A stretch of 64,000 bases of DNA from Bacteroidota bacterium (lineage in GTDB: Bacteria > Bacteroidota > Bacteroidia > Bacteroidales > Prolixibacteraceae). A program made the position numbers and the translations under genes. The DNA is taken from NCBI GenBank assembly GCA_029265715.1, contig JAJUGZ010000003.1, positions 10,322 to 74,321 on the forward strand, given 5' to 3'. The notes under the pieces are model-generated. The model was not told the origin of the DNA. It did no database searches and saw only the letters and a list, made by a program, of their open reading frames with translations. Below, piece after piece: positions 56,228 through 64,000 of this stretch. Position 1 is the stretch's first letter. Every line of letters begins with the position of its first letter.

Positions 56228-57436
56228 ATGAGGTTTTCGTTGGGAAATATATTCAAGGGCGACCGTTCGCTGTGGATCGTGATGGTTCTGCTGTCGCTGA
56301 TCTCGATGTTGATCGTGTACAGCGCAACCGGGAAGCTGGCCTTCCGCGAAGCAGGAGGCGATACCAGCCATTACCTGGTACGCCAGTCAATTTTTATCCT
56401 GACTGGGCTAACGATCATGGTAATTCTGGTCAATTTCATTCCTGTCAAATTATATTTCCTGATTTCGCCGGCCTTGATTGGAATTACCCTTTTTACACTC
56501 GTAGCGGCGTATGTTCAGTTTAAGATACAGCACAAGCCAACGCCCCGTTCGCTCGATGTGGGCTTTTTTAACTTTCAACCTGCCGACCTGGCCAAAATAT
56601 CGCTGGTGATGTATGCGGCGCGGATACTTTCAAAATATCAGAAAACCAAAGAGGACCTGTGGTTTGCATTCAAACGCGTAACCATTGTTTCCGGAGTTAT
56701 CTGTGCGATTATCTTCATGGGGAACGTTTCTACCTCGGTATTGATTTTTGCATCGATGATGGTTTTGATGATGATTGCCCGTATCCCGATGAAATATCTG
56801 TCCGGGCTGATTGGCGCCGGAATCTTGTTTGTTACCCTGGTTTATTTTACAGCCAACATTATGCCGAAAGGGTTTGGCCGTGTACACACATTTAAAGAAC
56901 GTATCGACGATTTTTTATACGGAGATAAAGAAGCCGAGAAAGGAACCACTCAGGCTGATTTTGCGAAACTTGCCATTTTCGAAGGCGGAACATTTGGGAA
57001 AGGTCCCGGAAACAGTGAGGTGAGCAACTATATGGAAGCCGGGTACAACGACTTTATTTTTGCCATCATTGTCGAAGAATATGGCCTGGTTGGCGGTACC
57101 ATCCTGGTGTTTTTATATCTGGTGTTACTGTATCGCGGCGTTGTTATTGTGCGCCGGTCCGAGCGAACGTTTCCGGCTTTTTTGGTTGCAGGTCTGGTGA
57201 TTATGGTGGTTTTTCAGGCCGTCATAAACATGTCGGTATCGGCGGGGGTCATCCCTGTTACTGGCCAGCCATTGCCCTGGGTAAGTATGGGAGGAACCTC
57301 CATGTTGTTTACAGCCGTAGGATTTGGCGCTATTTTGTCGGTCAGTTATTACAATAAGAAAATAAAAGCTTCGCAGGATAGCGGGCAATCCGAAGTGGCG
57401 GTTGCCGAAGTTCCGGTTGAAGATCAGGATTTATAG
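56228..57436 (+). CDS. ftsW: SEDS peptidoglycan polymerase
   Basis: FQPADLAK, FGKGPG, DFIFAIIVEEYG, GQPLPWVSMGG. Confidence 0.93.
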   Translation: MRFSLGNIFKGDRSLWIVMVLLSLISMLIVYSATGKLAFREAGGDTSHYLVRQSIFILTGLTIMVILVNFIPVKLYFLISPALIGITLFTLVAAYVQFKIQHKPTPRSLDVGFFNFQPADLAKISLVMYAARILSKYQKTKEDLWFAFKRVTIVSGVICAIIFMGNVSTSVLIFASMMVLMMIARIPMKYLSGLIGAGILFVTLVYFTANIMPKGFGRVHTFKERIDDFLYGDKEAEKGTTQADFAKLAIFEGGTFGKGPGNSEVSNYMEAGYNDFIFAIIVEEYGLVGGTILVFLYLVLLYRGVVIVRRSERTFPAFLVAGLVIMVVFQAVINMSVSAGVIPVTGQPLPWVSMGGTSMLFTAVGFGAILSVSYYNKKIKASQDSGQSEVAVAEVPVEDQDL

Positions 57437-57446
57437 AACGAGAACG

Positions 57447-58550
57447 ATGGAAAAATTAAAAGTCATAGTCAGTGGAGGAGGAACAGGCGGGCATATTTTC
57501 CCGGCCATATCCATTGCCAACGAGATTCGCGACCGGTTTCCGGAATCGGAAATTTTGTTTGTCGGGGCGTTAGGAAAGATGGAGATGGAACGCGTTCCGG
57601 CAGCCGGCTATCGCATTGAGGGCTTACCGGTGATGGGGTTTCCGAGGAAACCCTCGCTGAAGATGTTCACGTTCTTTGTAAAATTATATAAGAGCATGCA
57701 GAAAGCCCGCCGTATTATTCGGGAGTTTCAGCCCGATGTGGCCATTGGCGTGGGAGGTTTTGCAAGCGGCCCGATTTTGAAAGCTGCGGTTCGAAAAGGC
57801 GTGCCGGCTGTGCTTCAGGAACAAAACTCGTATGCGGGCCTGACCAATAAAATTCTGGCATCTAAAGTGCGAAAGATCTGTGTGGCGTATCCCAATATGG
57901 ATCGTTATTTCCCGGCCGAAAAATTGGTTGTAACCGGGAACCCAATCCGGAAAAATTTGCTTGAAAAGGTGGCAAACCGTTCGGAAGCCTTATCTTATTT
58001 CGAATTGGAATCAGGTAAACCGGTCGTTCTGATTGTGGGCGGAAGTCTGGGCGCCCGCACCCTGAATGAAAGCGTGATGGCGAATTTAGATGTAATCCGG
58101 AAATCAGGAGTGCAGGTTGTGTGGCAAACCGGTAGTTATTATTATCGGGAAATGCTTGACCGGTTAAAAAATCAGGCGCCGGAAAATCTGAAAGTGACGG
58201 AGTTCCTTTCGCGGATGGATTTGGCGTATGCGGCGGCCGACGTGGTCGTTTCACGAGCCGGGGCCGGAACAATTTCTGAGCTTTGCTTGCTGGGCAAACC
58301 GTCGGTTTTGGTTCCCTCGCCCAACGTGGCTGAAGATCATCAGACCAAAAATGCCATGGCGCTGGTCGAGAACAATGCGGCTCTGATGGTTCGCGACAAC
58401 GAAGCCAAAGAAAAATTGTTCGACGAAACGCTTGCCTTGCTGGCCGACCCCAAACGTTTAGACGAGCTGGCCGCAAACAGCCTGAAGCTGGCTAAGCCAA
58501 AGGCTGCTGAAGAAATTGTTGATGTTGTAATGTCGGTGATTGAAAAATAA
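57447..58550 (+). CDS. murG: lipid II GlcNAc transferase
   Basis: GGGTGGHIFP, EQNS, GNPIR, GGSLGA, SRAGA, EDHQTKNA; start ATG 57447. Confidence 0.97.
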   Translation: MEKLKVIVSGGGTGGHIFPAISIANEIRDRFPESEILFVGALGKMEMERVPAAGYRIEGLPVMGFPRKPSLKMFTFFVKLYKSMQKARRIIREFQPDVAIGVGGFASGPILKAAVRKGVPAVLQEQNSYAGLTNKILASKVRKICVAYPNMDRYFPAEKLVVTGNPIRKNLLEKVANRSEALSYFELESGKPVVLIVGGSLGARTLNESVMANLDVIRKSGVQVVWQTGSYYYREMLDRLKNQAPENLKVTEFLSRMDLAYAAADVVVSRAGAGTISELCLLGKPSVLVPSPNVAEDHQTKNAMALVENNAALMVRDNEAKEKLFDETLALLADPKRLDELAANSLKLAKPKAAEEIVDVVMSVIEK

Positions 58551-58551
58551 T

Positions 58552-59940
58552 ATGCTGGATTTTAATACTATACAAAACGTTTATTTTCTTGGTATCGGCG
58601 GAATCGGGATGAGCGCCCTGGCTCGCTTTTTTAACCATTCTGGTAAAAAGGTGGCCGGTTACGACCGCACTTGTACCGATCTGACCAATCAATTGGTTTC
58701 TGAAGGGATTGCGGTGCATTATACCGACGATCCGGCGTTGATCCCGTCCGGATGGGACCCAGGAAATACATTGGTTGTTTTTACCCCGGCTGTTCCTGCC
58801 GACCATCAGGAATTGAATGTGTTAAAAAACTCCGGGTTTAGTATCCATAAACGGGCCGAGGTGTTGGGCCTGATTTGCCGGGCGCACAAAACCATTGCCA
58901 TTGCCGGTACCCACGGAAAAACATCGGTTACCACCATGACGGCACACCTGCTGAAATCGTCGACTGTTGATTGCAGTGCGTTTTTGGGCGGGATTTCGAA
59001 AAATTACGGCACCAACTTGCTGCTGAGCGAAACCAACTCTGACTGGGTTGTTGCCGAAGCCGACGAGTTCGACCGTTCGTTTCTGCACTTGCACCCACAA
59101 CAGGCTGTTATTACGGCCATGGATGCCGATCATCTGGATATTTACGGCACACATGAATCGGTAATCGAAAGTTTTAATCAGTTTGCATCGCAAGTTGCTC
59201 CGGATGGATTGCTGTTGATTAAAAATGGGTTGCCAATTAACCCGGAAATCCTTCAGTCGCATCGCTGCCTGACCTATTCATTGCACGGGCCGGCTGATTT
59301 TTATGCCGTTCATATTCAGCTTATTGAAGGAGCTTATCAGTTCGACTTGGTAACCCCGGATGGAATCATTGAAAAATTAGTGCTGAATTATCCGGGGCTG
59401 ATGAATATTGAAAATTCGATCGCTGCCTCGGCTATGGCACTGAATGCCGGAATGACCCCGGACGAGCTCCGGAAAGGATTGCCGGAGTATGGTGGCGTAA
59501 AGCGCCGCTTCGATCGTCACCTGCAAACCCCCGAATTCGTACTGATCGACGATTATGCCCATCATCCGGAGGAACTGAAAGCAACGATTCTTTCGGTGCG
59601 CGATTTATACCCGGGGCGCAAAATAACCGGTGTTTTTCAGCCGCATTTGTACACCCGGACGCGCGACTTTGCCGATGGTTTTGCGGCCAGTCTTGATCTG
59701 GTCGATCAGGTAGTTTTGCTCGATATTTATCCGGCACGCGAGTTGCCAATCGAAGGTGTTACGTCTGAAGTTATTTTTAACAAAATACAGAACCCGAATA
59801 AAATCTTGTGCAACAAAACCGAATTGGTCGGACTCAGCGCAACATTCGATCAGGGGGTTATCCTGATGATGGGTGCCGGTGATATTGAGTTATTGGTTGG
59901 ACCGGTAAAACAAAAATTGATGGAACGGACACATGTTTAG
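58552..59940 (+). CDS. murC: UDP-MurNAc--L-Ala ligase
   Basis: GIGGIGMSALA, GTHGKT, EADEFD, DDYAHHP, FQPHLYTRT. Confidence 0.97.
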   Translation: MLDFNTIQNVYFLGIGGIGMSALARFFNHSGKKVAGYDRTCTDLTNQLVSEGIAVHYTDDPALIPSGWDPGNTLVVFTPAVPADHQELNVLKNSGFSIHKRAEVLGLICRAHKTIAIAGTHGKTSVTTMTAHLLKSSTVDCSAFLGGISKNYGTNLLLSETNSDWVVAEADEFDRSFLHLHPQQAVITAMDADHLDIYGTHESVIESFNQFASQVAPDGLLLIKNGLPINPEILQSHRCLTYSLHGPADFYAVHIQLIEGAYQFDLVTPDGIIEKLVLNYPGLMNIENSIAASAMALNAGMTPDELRKGLPEYGGVKRRFDRHLQTPEFVLIDDYAHHPEELKATILSVRDLYPGRKITGVFQPHLYTRTRDFADGFAASLDLVDQVVLLDIYPARELPIEGVTSEVIFNKIQNPNKILCNKTELVGLSATFDQGVILMMGAGDIELLVGPVKQKLMERTHV

Positions 59941-60682
59941 AAAGATACTGATCATATTAGGCTGGATTTTGTTCGTCGCCTTTGTTGGCGGTTCGATAAC
60001 CTACTGCTGGCTCGAGATGAAAGACGTGAAGTGCCAGGCGGTATCGGTTCATATTGATCCGTCGTCGCCAAGGTTTATTGATGAAGCCGATCTGGCCCAG
60101 GTGATTGAGAAAGAAAATAACGGACTGATCGGTAAACGGATGGGATCTCTGAACCTGTATAAGCTGGAGAATAATTTAAAAAAGCTTACAACAATTAAAG
60201 ATGTTGAGGTTTTCAAGCGCATTAACAGTAAATCGTTGCGGTTTGCCGGGAGACTGGTGGTTAATGTTAGCGAGCGGACCCCAATCATGCGGGTTAAAAC
60301 CGATTCAGACGATTATTATGTCGATGCCGAAGGTGTTAAAATCCCGGTTTCAACCAAATATGCAGCCAATGTAATGGTGGTGAACGGGGCGGTGACCGAC
60401 GAGCTGATAAAAGAAAAACTGATCCCGCTGGTATTGTATATCGATAAAACCGAATTCTGGAAAGCTCAGGTTGAGCAAATATATGTAAAGGGAAACGGAG
60501 AACTGATTATGGTCCCTCAGGTTGGCGATCATATCATCGAATTTGGCTCGGCCGACGATTACAAGCGTAAGTTTCGGAATTTAAAAGAAGTGTATTTAAA
60601 AGGCTTCAACCATTCGGGTTGGGACCAATATAAAATTGTGAGTGTAAAGTATTACAATCAGGTTGTTTGTACAAAAAGATAA
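59933..60682 (+). CDS. ftsQ: cell division protein FtsQ/DivIB
   Basis: Single TM, POTRA-like domain, ERTPIMRV; position murC-ftsQ-ftsA. Confidence 0.88.
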   Translation: MFRKILIILGWILFVAFVGGSITYCWLEMKDVKCQAVSVHIDPSSPRFIDEADLAQVIEKENNGLIGKRMGSLNLYKLENNLKKLTTIKDVEVFKRINSKSLRFAGRLVVNVSERTPIMRVKTDSDDYYVDAEGVKIPVSTKYAANVMVVNGAVTDELIKEKLIPLVLYIDKTEFWKAQVEQIYVKGNGELIMVPQVGDHIIEFGSADDYKRKFRNLKEVYLKGFNHSGWDQYKIVSVKYYNQVVCTKR

Positions 60683-60686
60683 ATGT

Positions 60687-61988
60687 ATGGACAGGAGCGA
60701 ACAAATTTTTGCAGCCGTTGATATCGGTACAACAAAAGTAATAGCAATTGCCGGTAAACGGAATGATGAAGGGAAAATAGAAATTATCGGATTTGGTCAC
60801 AGCAAGTCGCAGGGTGTTAAACGGGGAATCGTTTTTAACATCGACGAGACACATGCCGCCATCGAGGAGGCAGTCAAGAAGGCAGAAGAATCGTTTGGTG
60901 GCATCATCGACGAGGTATATGTCAACATTGCCGGACAACACCTGAAAACACTCACTGCGCGCGGCCAGAAATACATCGGGCGCGACAACGAGTTTACCGA
61001 AGAGCATGTGGCTGAGCTTGAAGGGCAGGCCCGTCAAATTCCACTCGATCCGGAAATGTCGATTTACCATGTCAATCCGCAAATGTTCATTATCGATAAC
61101 GAGTCGGGCATCCAGAACCCGGTCGGAACGGCAGGCGAAAAACTTGAAGCTGTATATAAAGTTCATGTTGCTCCGGATTTGTATCAACGGAATATTCAGA
61201 AAAGCCTTGATAAAGCCGGGATCAAAATGCAGCGTGCCGTTCTCGACCCGATCGCCTCATCCGAAGTTGTTTTGACCGAAGATGAGAAAGAGGCTGGCGT
61301 GGTGCTGATTGATATCGGAGGTGGAACAACCAAAATGTCGATTTTCCGCGATGGCGTTTTGTGTTACACGGCGGTCATTCCGTTTGGTGGTAATGTAATC
61401 ACTCACGACATCAAGGAAGGCTGCTCCATCTTGTTACGACAGGCCGAGTCGCTTAAAGTACAGTTCGGGCAGGCGATGGGCGATTTTGCCCCGGCCGAGA
61501 AGGTGGTTACTATTCCGGGGCTCTCCGGATGGGAACCCAAGGAAATTTCGTTTAAAAACCTGGCGTTTGTTATTCAGGCCAGGATGGATGAGATTATTGA
61601 AGCCTGGTATTTTCATCTGGAGAAATCAGGCTACCTCGATAAGGTTGGCGCCGGAATTGTGTTGACCGGCGGAACGGCCTTGCTGCCCAATTTGAGGCAG
61701 TTGATCAAATACCGTACCGGTTTGGATGTGCGTCACGGGAAGCCGATTATGCACTTCTTTAAAGCCTGGAAAGAACTTGAAGACCCGCGTTTTTCAACCG
61801 CGCTGGGTTTATTGCTGATCGCGGCGAATGATGCCGATGAGGAAATAAAATCGAAACTGGCTAATCGCAGAAACCGGGGGAAGAAACCAAAAAACTCTCA
61901 GCCAGGTTTTTTCAGTTCCATCAAGAATCAGGTAGCGAAACAGGTCACACTTTTCTTCGAAGAAGATCAGGATACGGAAATGAGTTAG
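60687..61988 (+). CDS. ftsA: cell division protein FtsA
   Basis: DIGTTK, IDIGGGTT, PFGGNVIT, LTGG; C-terminal amphipathic helix; start ATG 60687. Confidence 0.96.
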   Translation: MDRSEQIFAAVDIGTTKVIAIAGKRNDEGKIEIIGFGHSKSQGVKRGIVFNIDETHAAIEEAVKKAEESFGGIIDEVYVNIAGQHLKTLTARGQKYIGRDNEFTEEHVAELEGQARQIPLDPEMSIYHVNPQMFIIDNESGIQNPVGTAGEKLEAVYKVHVAPDLYQRNIQKSLDKAGIKMQRAVLDPIASSEVVLTEDEKEAGVVLIDIGGGTTKMSIFRDGVLCYTAVIPFGGNVITHDIKEGCSILLRQAESLKVQFGQAMGDFAPAEKVVTIPGLSGWEPKEISFKNLAFVIQARMDEIIEAWYFHLEKSGYLDKVGAGIVLTGGTALLPNLRQLIKYRTGLDVRHGKPIMHFFKAWKELEDPRFSTALGLLLIAANDADEEIKSKLANRRNRGKKPKNSQPGFFSSIKNQVAKQVTLFFEEDQDTEMS

Positions 61989-62014
61989 AAAAACACTTTA
62001 ATCTCGTCTGCTGT

Positions 62015-63292
62015 ATGAACGACGAAATTTTCAACTTTGGACTCGAACAGGCCGGCTCTTCCATCATTAAAGTAATTGGCGTGGGAGGCGGTGGATGTAA
62101 TGCAGTCAATCACATGTACGAGGAAGGCATCGCCGGTGTTGATTTTATTCTTTGCAACACCGATGCTCAAGCTCTTCGAAACAGCCCGGTGCCGGTTAAA
62201 ATTCAACTGGGGGTTACCCTTACCGGAGGCCGAGGCGCCGGGAACAGGCCGGAGCATGGGGAACTGGCTGCCATCGAAAACCTCGAAGATATCCGCGCGT
62301 TGCTGGATGGCACTACCAAGATGGTTTTCATCACGGCCGGAATGGGCGGAGGTACCGGTACTGGCGCGGCGCCCGTGATTTCGAAGCTGGCAAAGGAACT
62401 CGATATCCTGACAATTGCCGTCGTTACAGTGCCCGCGCCAGCTGAAGGTCGGCGCAGGTTCCATCAGGCGCTCGACGGAGTTACCAAGTTGAAAGAGCAT
62501 GTCGATAGCTTGTTGGTCATCAGCAACGAAAAATTACACAAAATATACGGCAACCTGCCGGCATCACAGGCTTTTAAAAAAGCCGACGATATTTTGACTA
62601 CAGCCGTAAAAGGGGTTGCCGAGATTATCACGGTGCATGGTAATATTAATATCGACTTTGCCGATGTGAGCACGGTAATGTCGGGAAGCGAAGTGTTCCT
62701 GATGGGAACCGGCTATGCATCCGGTGAAGGGCGGGCCATGAAGGCTGTGAAAGAAGCTTTGCGCTCACCGTTGCTCGATAGCAACGATATTTATGGCACT
62801 AAAGATATCCTGCTCAATATTATTTCCGGCGAAGAAGAAATCACCATGGGCGAAATCGGAGAAATTATCGATTACCTTCAGGATAAAGCCGGACAGGATG
62901 CTAATATTATCTGGGGAAATGGAGTAGATAAAAAACTGGGTCCAAACATCAGTGTTACTATTATTGCCACCGGTTTCGAAACCAATCCCAATGAACTATT
63001 TCAGGAAAACAGAAAAGAAGTTATCGTGCTTGATCCCGACTTTACCGACATCGGGCCTGAAATAAACCTGGAAGAACCCGAAAAAGCAGAATCACCCTAT
63101 AGTCTGTTCCCCGAAGAGGAAACAACTTCTTTTGAGGTAAAAACGGATAAACGTGCTAAACGAAAGAAGGTAAAAGAACCTGTTTCGGGAAAGCCATCAG
63201 ATGGCGGAAATGTGGATAGCTGGTTTGCACGGCAGTTTTCACGTTTTTTTGAGGACACCGACGAACCCATGTCGGATGGTAAAGATCAATGA
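62015..63292 (+). CDS. ftsZ: FtsZ paralog 1 with a non-canonical, FtsA-like C-terminus
   Basis: GVGGGGCNA, GAG, GMGGGTGTG, EGRRR, NIDFAD; tail ends WFARQFSRFFEDTDEPMSDGKDQ. Confidence 0.93.
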   Translation: MNDEIFNFGLEQAGSSIIKVIGVGGGGCNAVNHMYEEGIAGVDFILCNTDAQALRNSPVPVKIQLGVTLTGGRGAGNRPEHGELAAIENLEDIRALLDGTTKMVFITAGMGGGTGTGAAPVISKLAKELDILTIAVVTVPAPAEGRRRFHQALDGVTKLKEHVDSLLVISNEKLHKIYGNLPASQAFKKADDILTTAVKGVAEIITVHGNINIDFADVSTVMSGSEVFLMGTGYASGEGRAMKAVKEALRSPLLDSNDIYGTKDILLNIISGEEEITMGEIGEIIDYLQDKAGQDANIIWGNGVDKKLGPNISVTIIATGFETNPNELFQENRKEVIVLDPDFTDIGPEINLEEPEKAESPYSLFPEEETTSFEVKTDKRAKRKKVKEPVSGKPSDGGNVDSWFARQFSRFFEDTDEPMSDGKDQ

Positions 63293-63317
63293 AGTAAAAC
63301 CCTGAAAAAGTAAGATC

Positions 63318-64000
63318 ATGACAAATGAAATAATCAATTTCGAGTTACCGGAAAAATCCGGATCGATCATTAAAGTTATTGGAGTTGGCGGCGGTGGAGG
63401 GAACGCCGTAAACCACATGTTTCACCAAGGTATCCGCGATGTCGATTTTATGGTATGCAACACCGATTCGCAGGCGCTGGCAAACAGCCCGGTACCCTAT
63501 AAAGTGCAGCTGGGTTCGTCGCTAACCGAGGGCCGCGGGGCTGGCAATAAGCCTGAAGTTGGTCGTGAAGCAGCCATTGAAAACATCGAAGATGTGAAGA
63601 AAATCCTGAAAGATAATACCAAGATGGTATTCATTACGGCCGGAATGGGCGGAGGGACCGGAACCGGAGGCGCCCCGGTTATCGCACAGGCAGCCCGCGA
63701 ACTGGGCATCTTAACGGTTGGGATTGTAACAATTCCGTTCCGCAATGAAGGACGCCGTCGTGTAAAGCAGGCCATCGAAGGTATTGCGGCCATGGAGGAA
63801 CATGTTGACTCGCTACTGGTGATCAATAACGAACGGATACGCGAAATGTACGGGGATTTTAAGATTTCGGATGCATTTGCCAAAGCAGATAATATCCTCA
63901 CAACGGCGGCCAAAGGAATTGCTGAAATTATAACGGTCCCGGGGTATATCAATGTTGACTTTGCCGATGTGGAGACGGTAATGCGCGATAGTGGCGTGGC
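63318..64000 (+). CDS. ftsZ: FtsZ paralog 2 (canonical-looking), runs off the window end; not in the ORF track
   Basis: Manual translation MTNEIINFELPEKSGSIIKVIGVGGGGGNAVNHM...GMGGGTGTGG...IPFRNEGRRR...GYINVDFADV. Confidence 0.96.
   Translation, partial: MTNEIINFELPEKSGSIIKVIGVGGGGGNAVNHMFHQGIRDVDFMVCNTDSQALANSPVPYKVQLGSSLTEGRGAGNKPEVGREAAIENIEDVKKILKDNTKMVFITAGMGGGTGTGGAPVIAQAARELGILTVGIVTIPFRNEGRRRVKQAIEGIAAMEEHVDSLLVINNERIREMYGDFKISDAFAKADNILTTAAKGIAEIITVPGYINVDFADVETVMRDSGV

Noticed and set aside
47779-61988. Absence of murF, murB and ddl from the dcw cluster
   Set aside because: Usual arrangement in Bacteroidota; ddl is at 6895-7881
62015-64000. Double ftsZ as an assembly artefact
   Set aside because: The copies differ throughout at both protein and DNA level, which a mis-assembled repeat would not

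Overview
Bacteroidota chromosome segment, probably Bacteroidales/Marinilabiliales of the Prolixibacteraceae type. This is inferred from TAnnTTTG -7 promoters, absent Shine-Dalgarno sequences, a T9SS cargo protein and gene order. Left third: housekeeping genes (ispE, dnaB, ddl-rluD-PASTA, rpmH, rsmG, ECF sigma, tgt, lptF/G, carboxyltransferase+BCCP, guaB). Middle: two ABC operons (LolA-like/2 permeases/ATPase/CAP/beta-barrel, and TetR-TolC-HlyD-2 ATPases-2 permeases) separated by an AT-rich protease+lipoprotein insert and an alkaline-phosphatase-like gene. Right third: two-component system, NrtR-like regulator, an acyltransferase pair, and the dcw cluster ending in two tandem ftsZ genes. I saw no tRNA, rRNA, CRISPR, transposase or integrase. 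Main findings: (1) The first ftsZ copy keeps its GTPase motifs but ends in a tail that aligns with the amphipathic membrane-targeting helix of the adjacent FtsA, making it a candidate natural self-anchoring FtsZ. (2) Two four-helix-bundle (TIGR02436-type) genes sit in operon junctions, each bracketed by inverted 7/8-nt tandem repeat arms that pair on the mRNA strand with G-U wobbles. Orphan arms and a stacked repeat 'graveyard' occupy other junctions, suggesting a mobile intervening-element system in mRNA. (3) A leader sequence is duplicated in front of hlyD and the four-helix-bundle gene. (4) FtsI has a long Lys/Ala/Thr/Pro tail. (5) Two apparent pseudoenzymes: a GT2 coupled to an ECF sigma factor, and a PafA-like phosphatase. 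All family assignments come from motif recognition by eye; no database searches were run.
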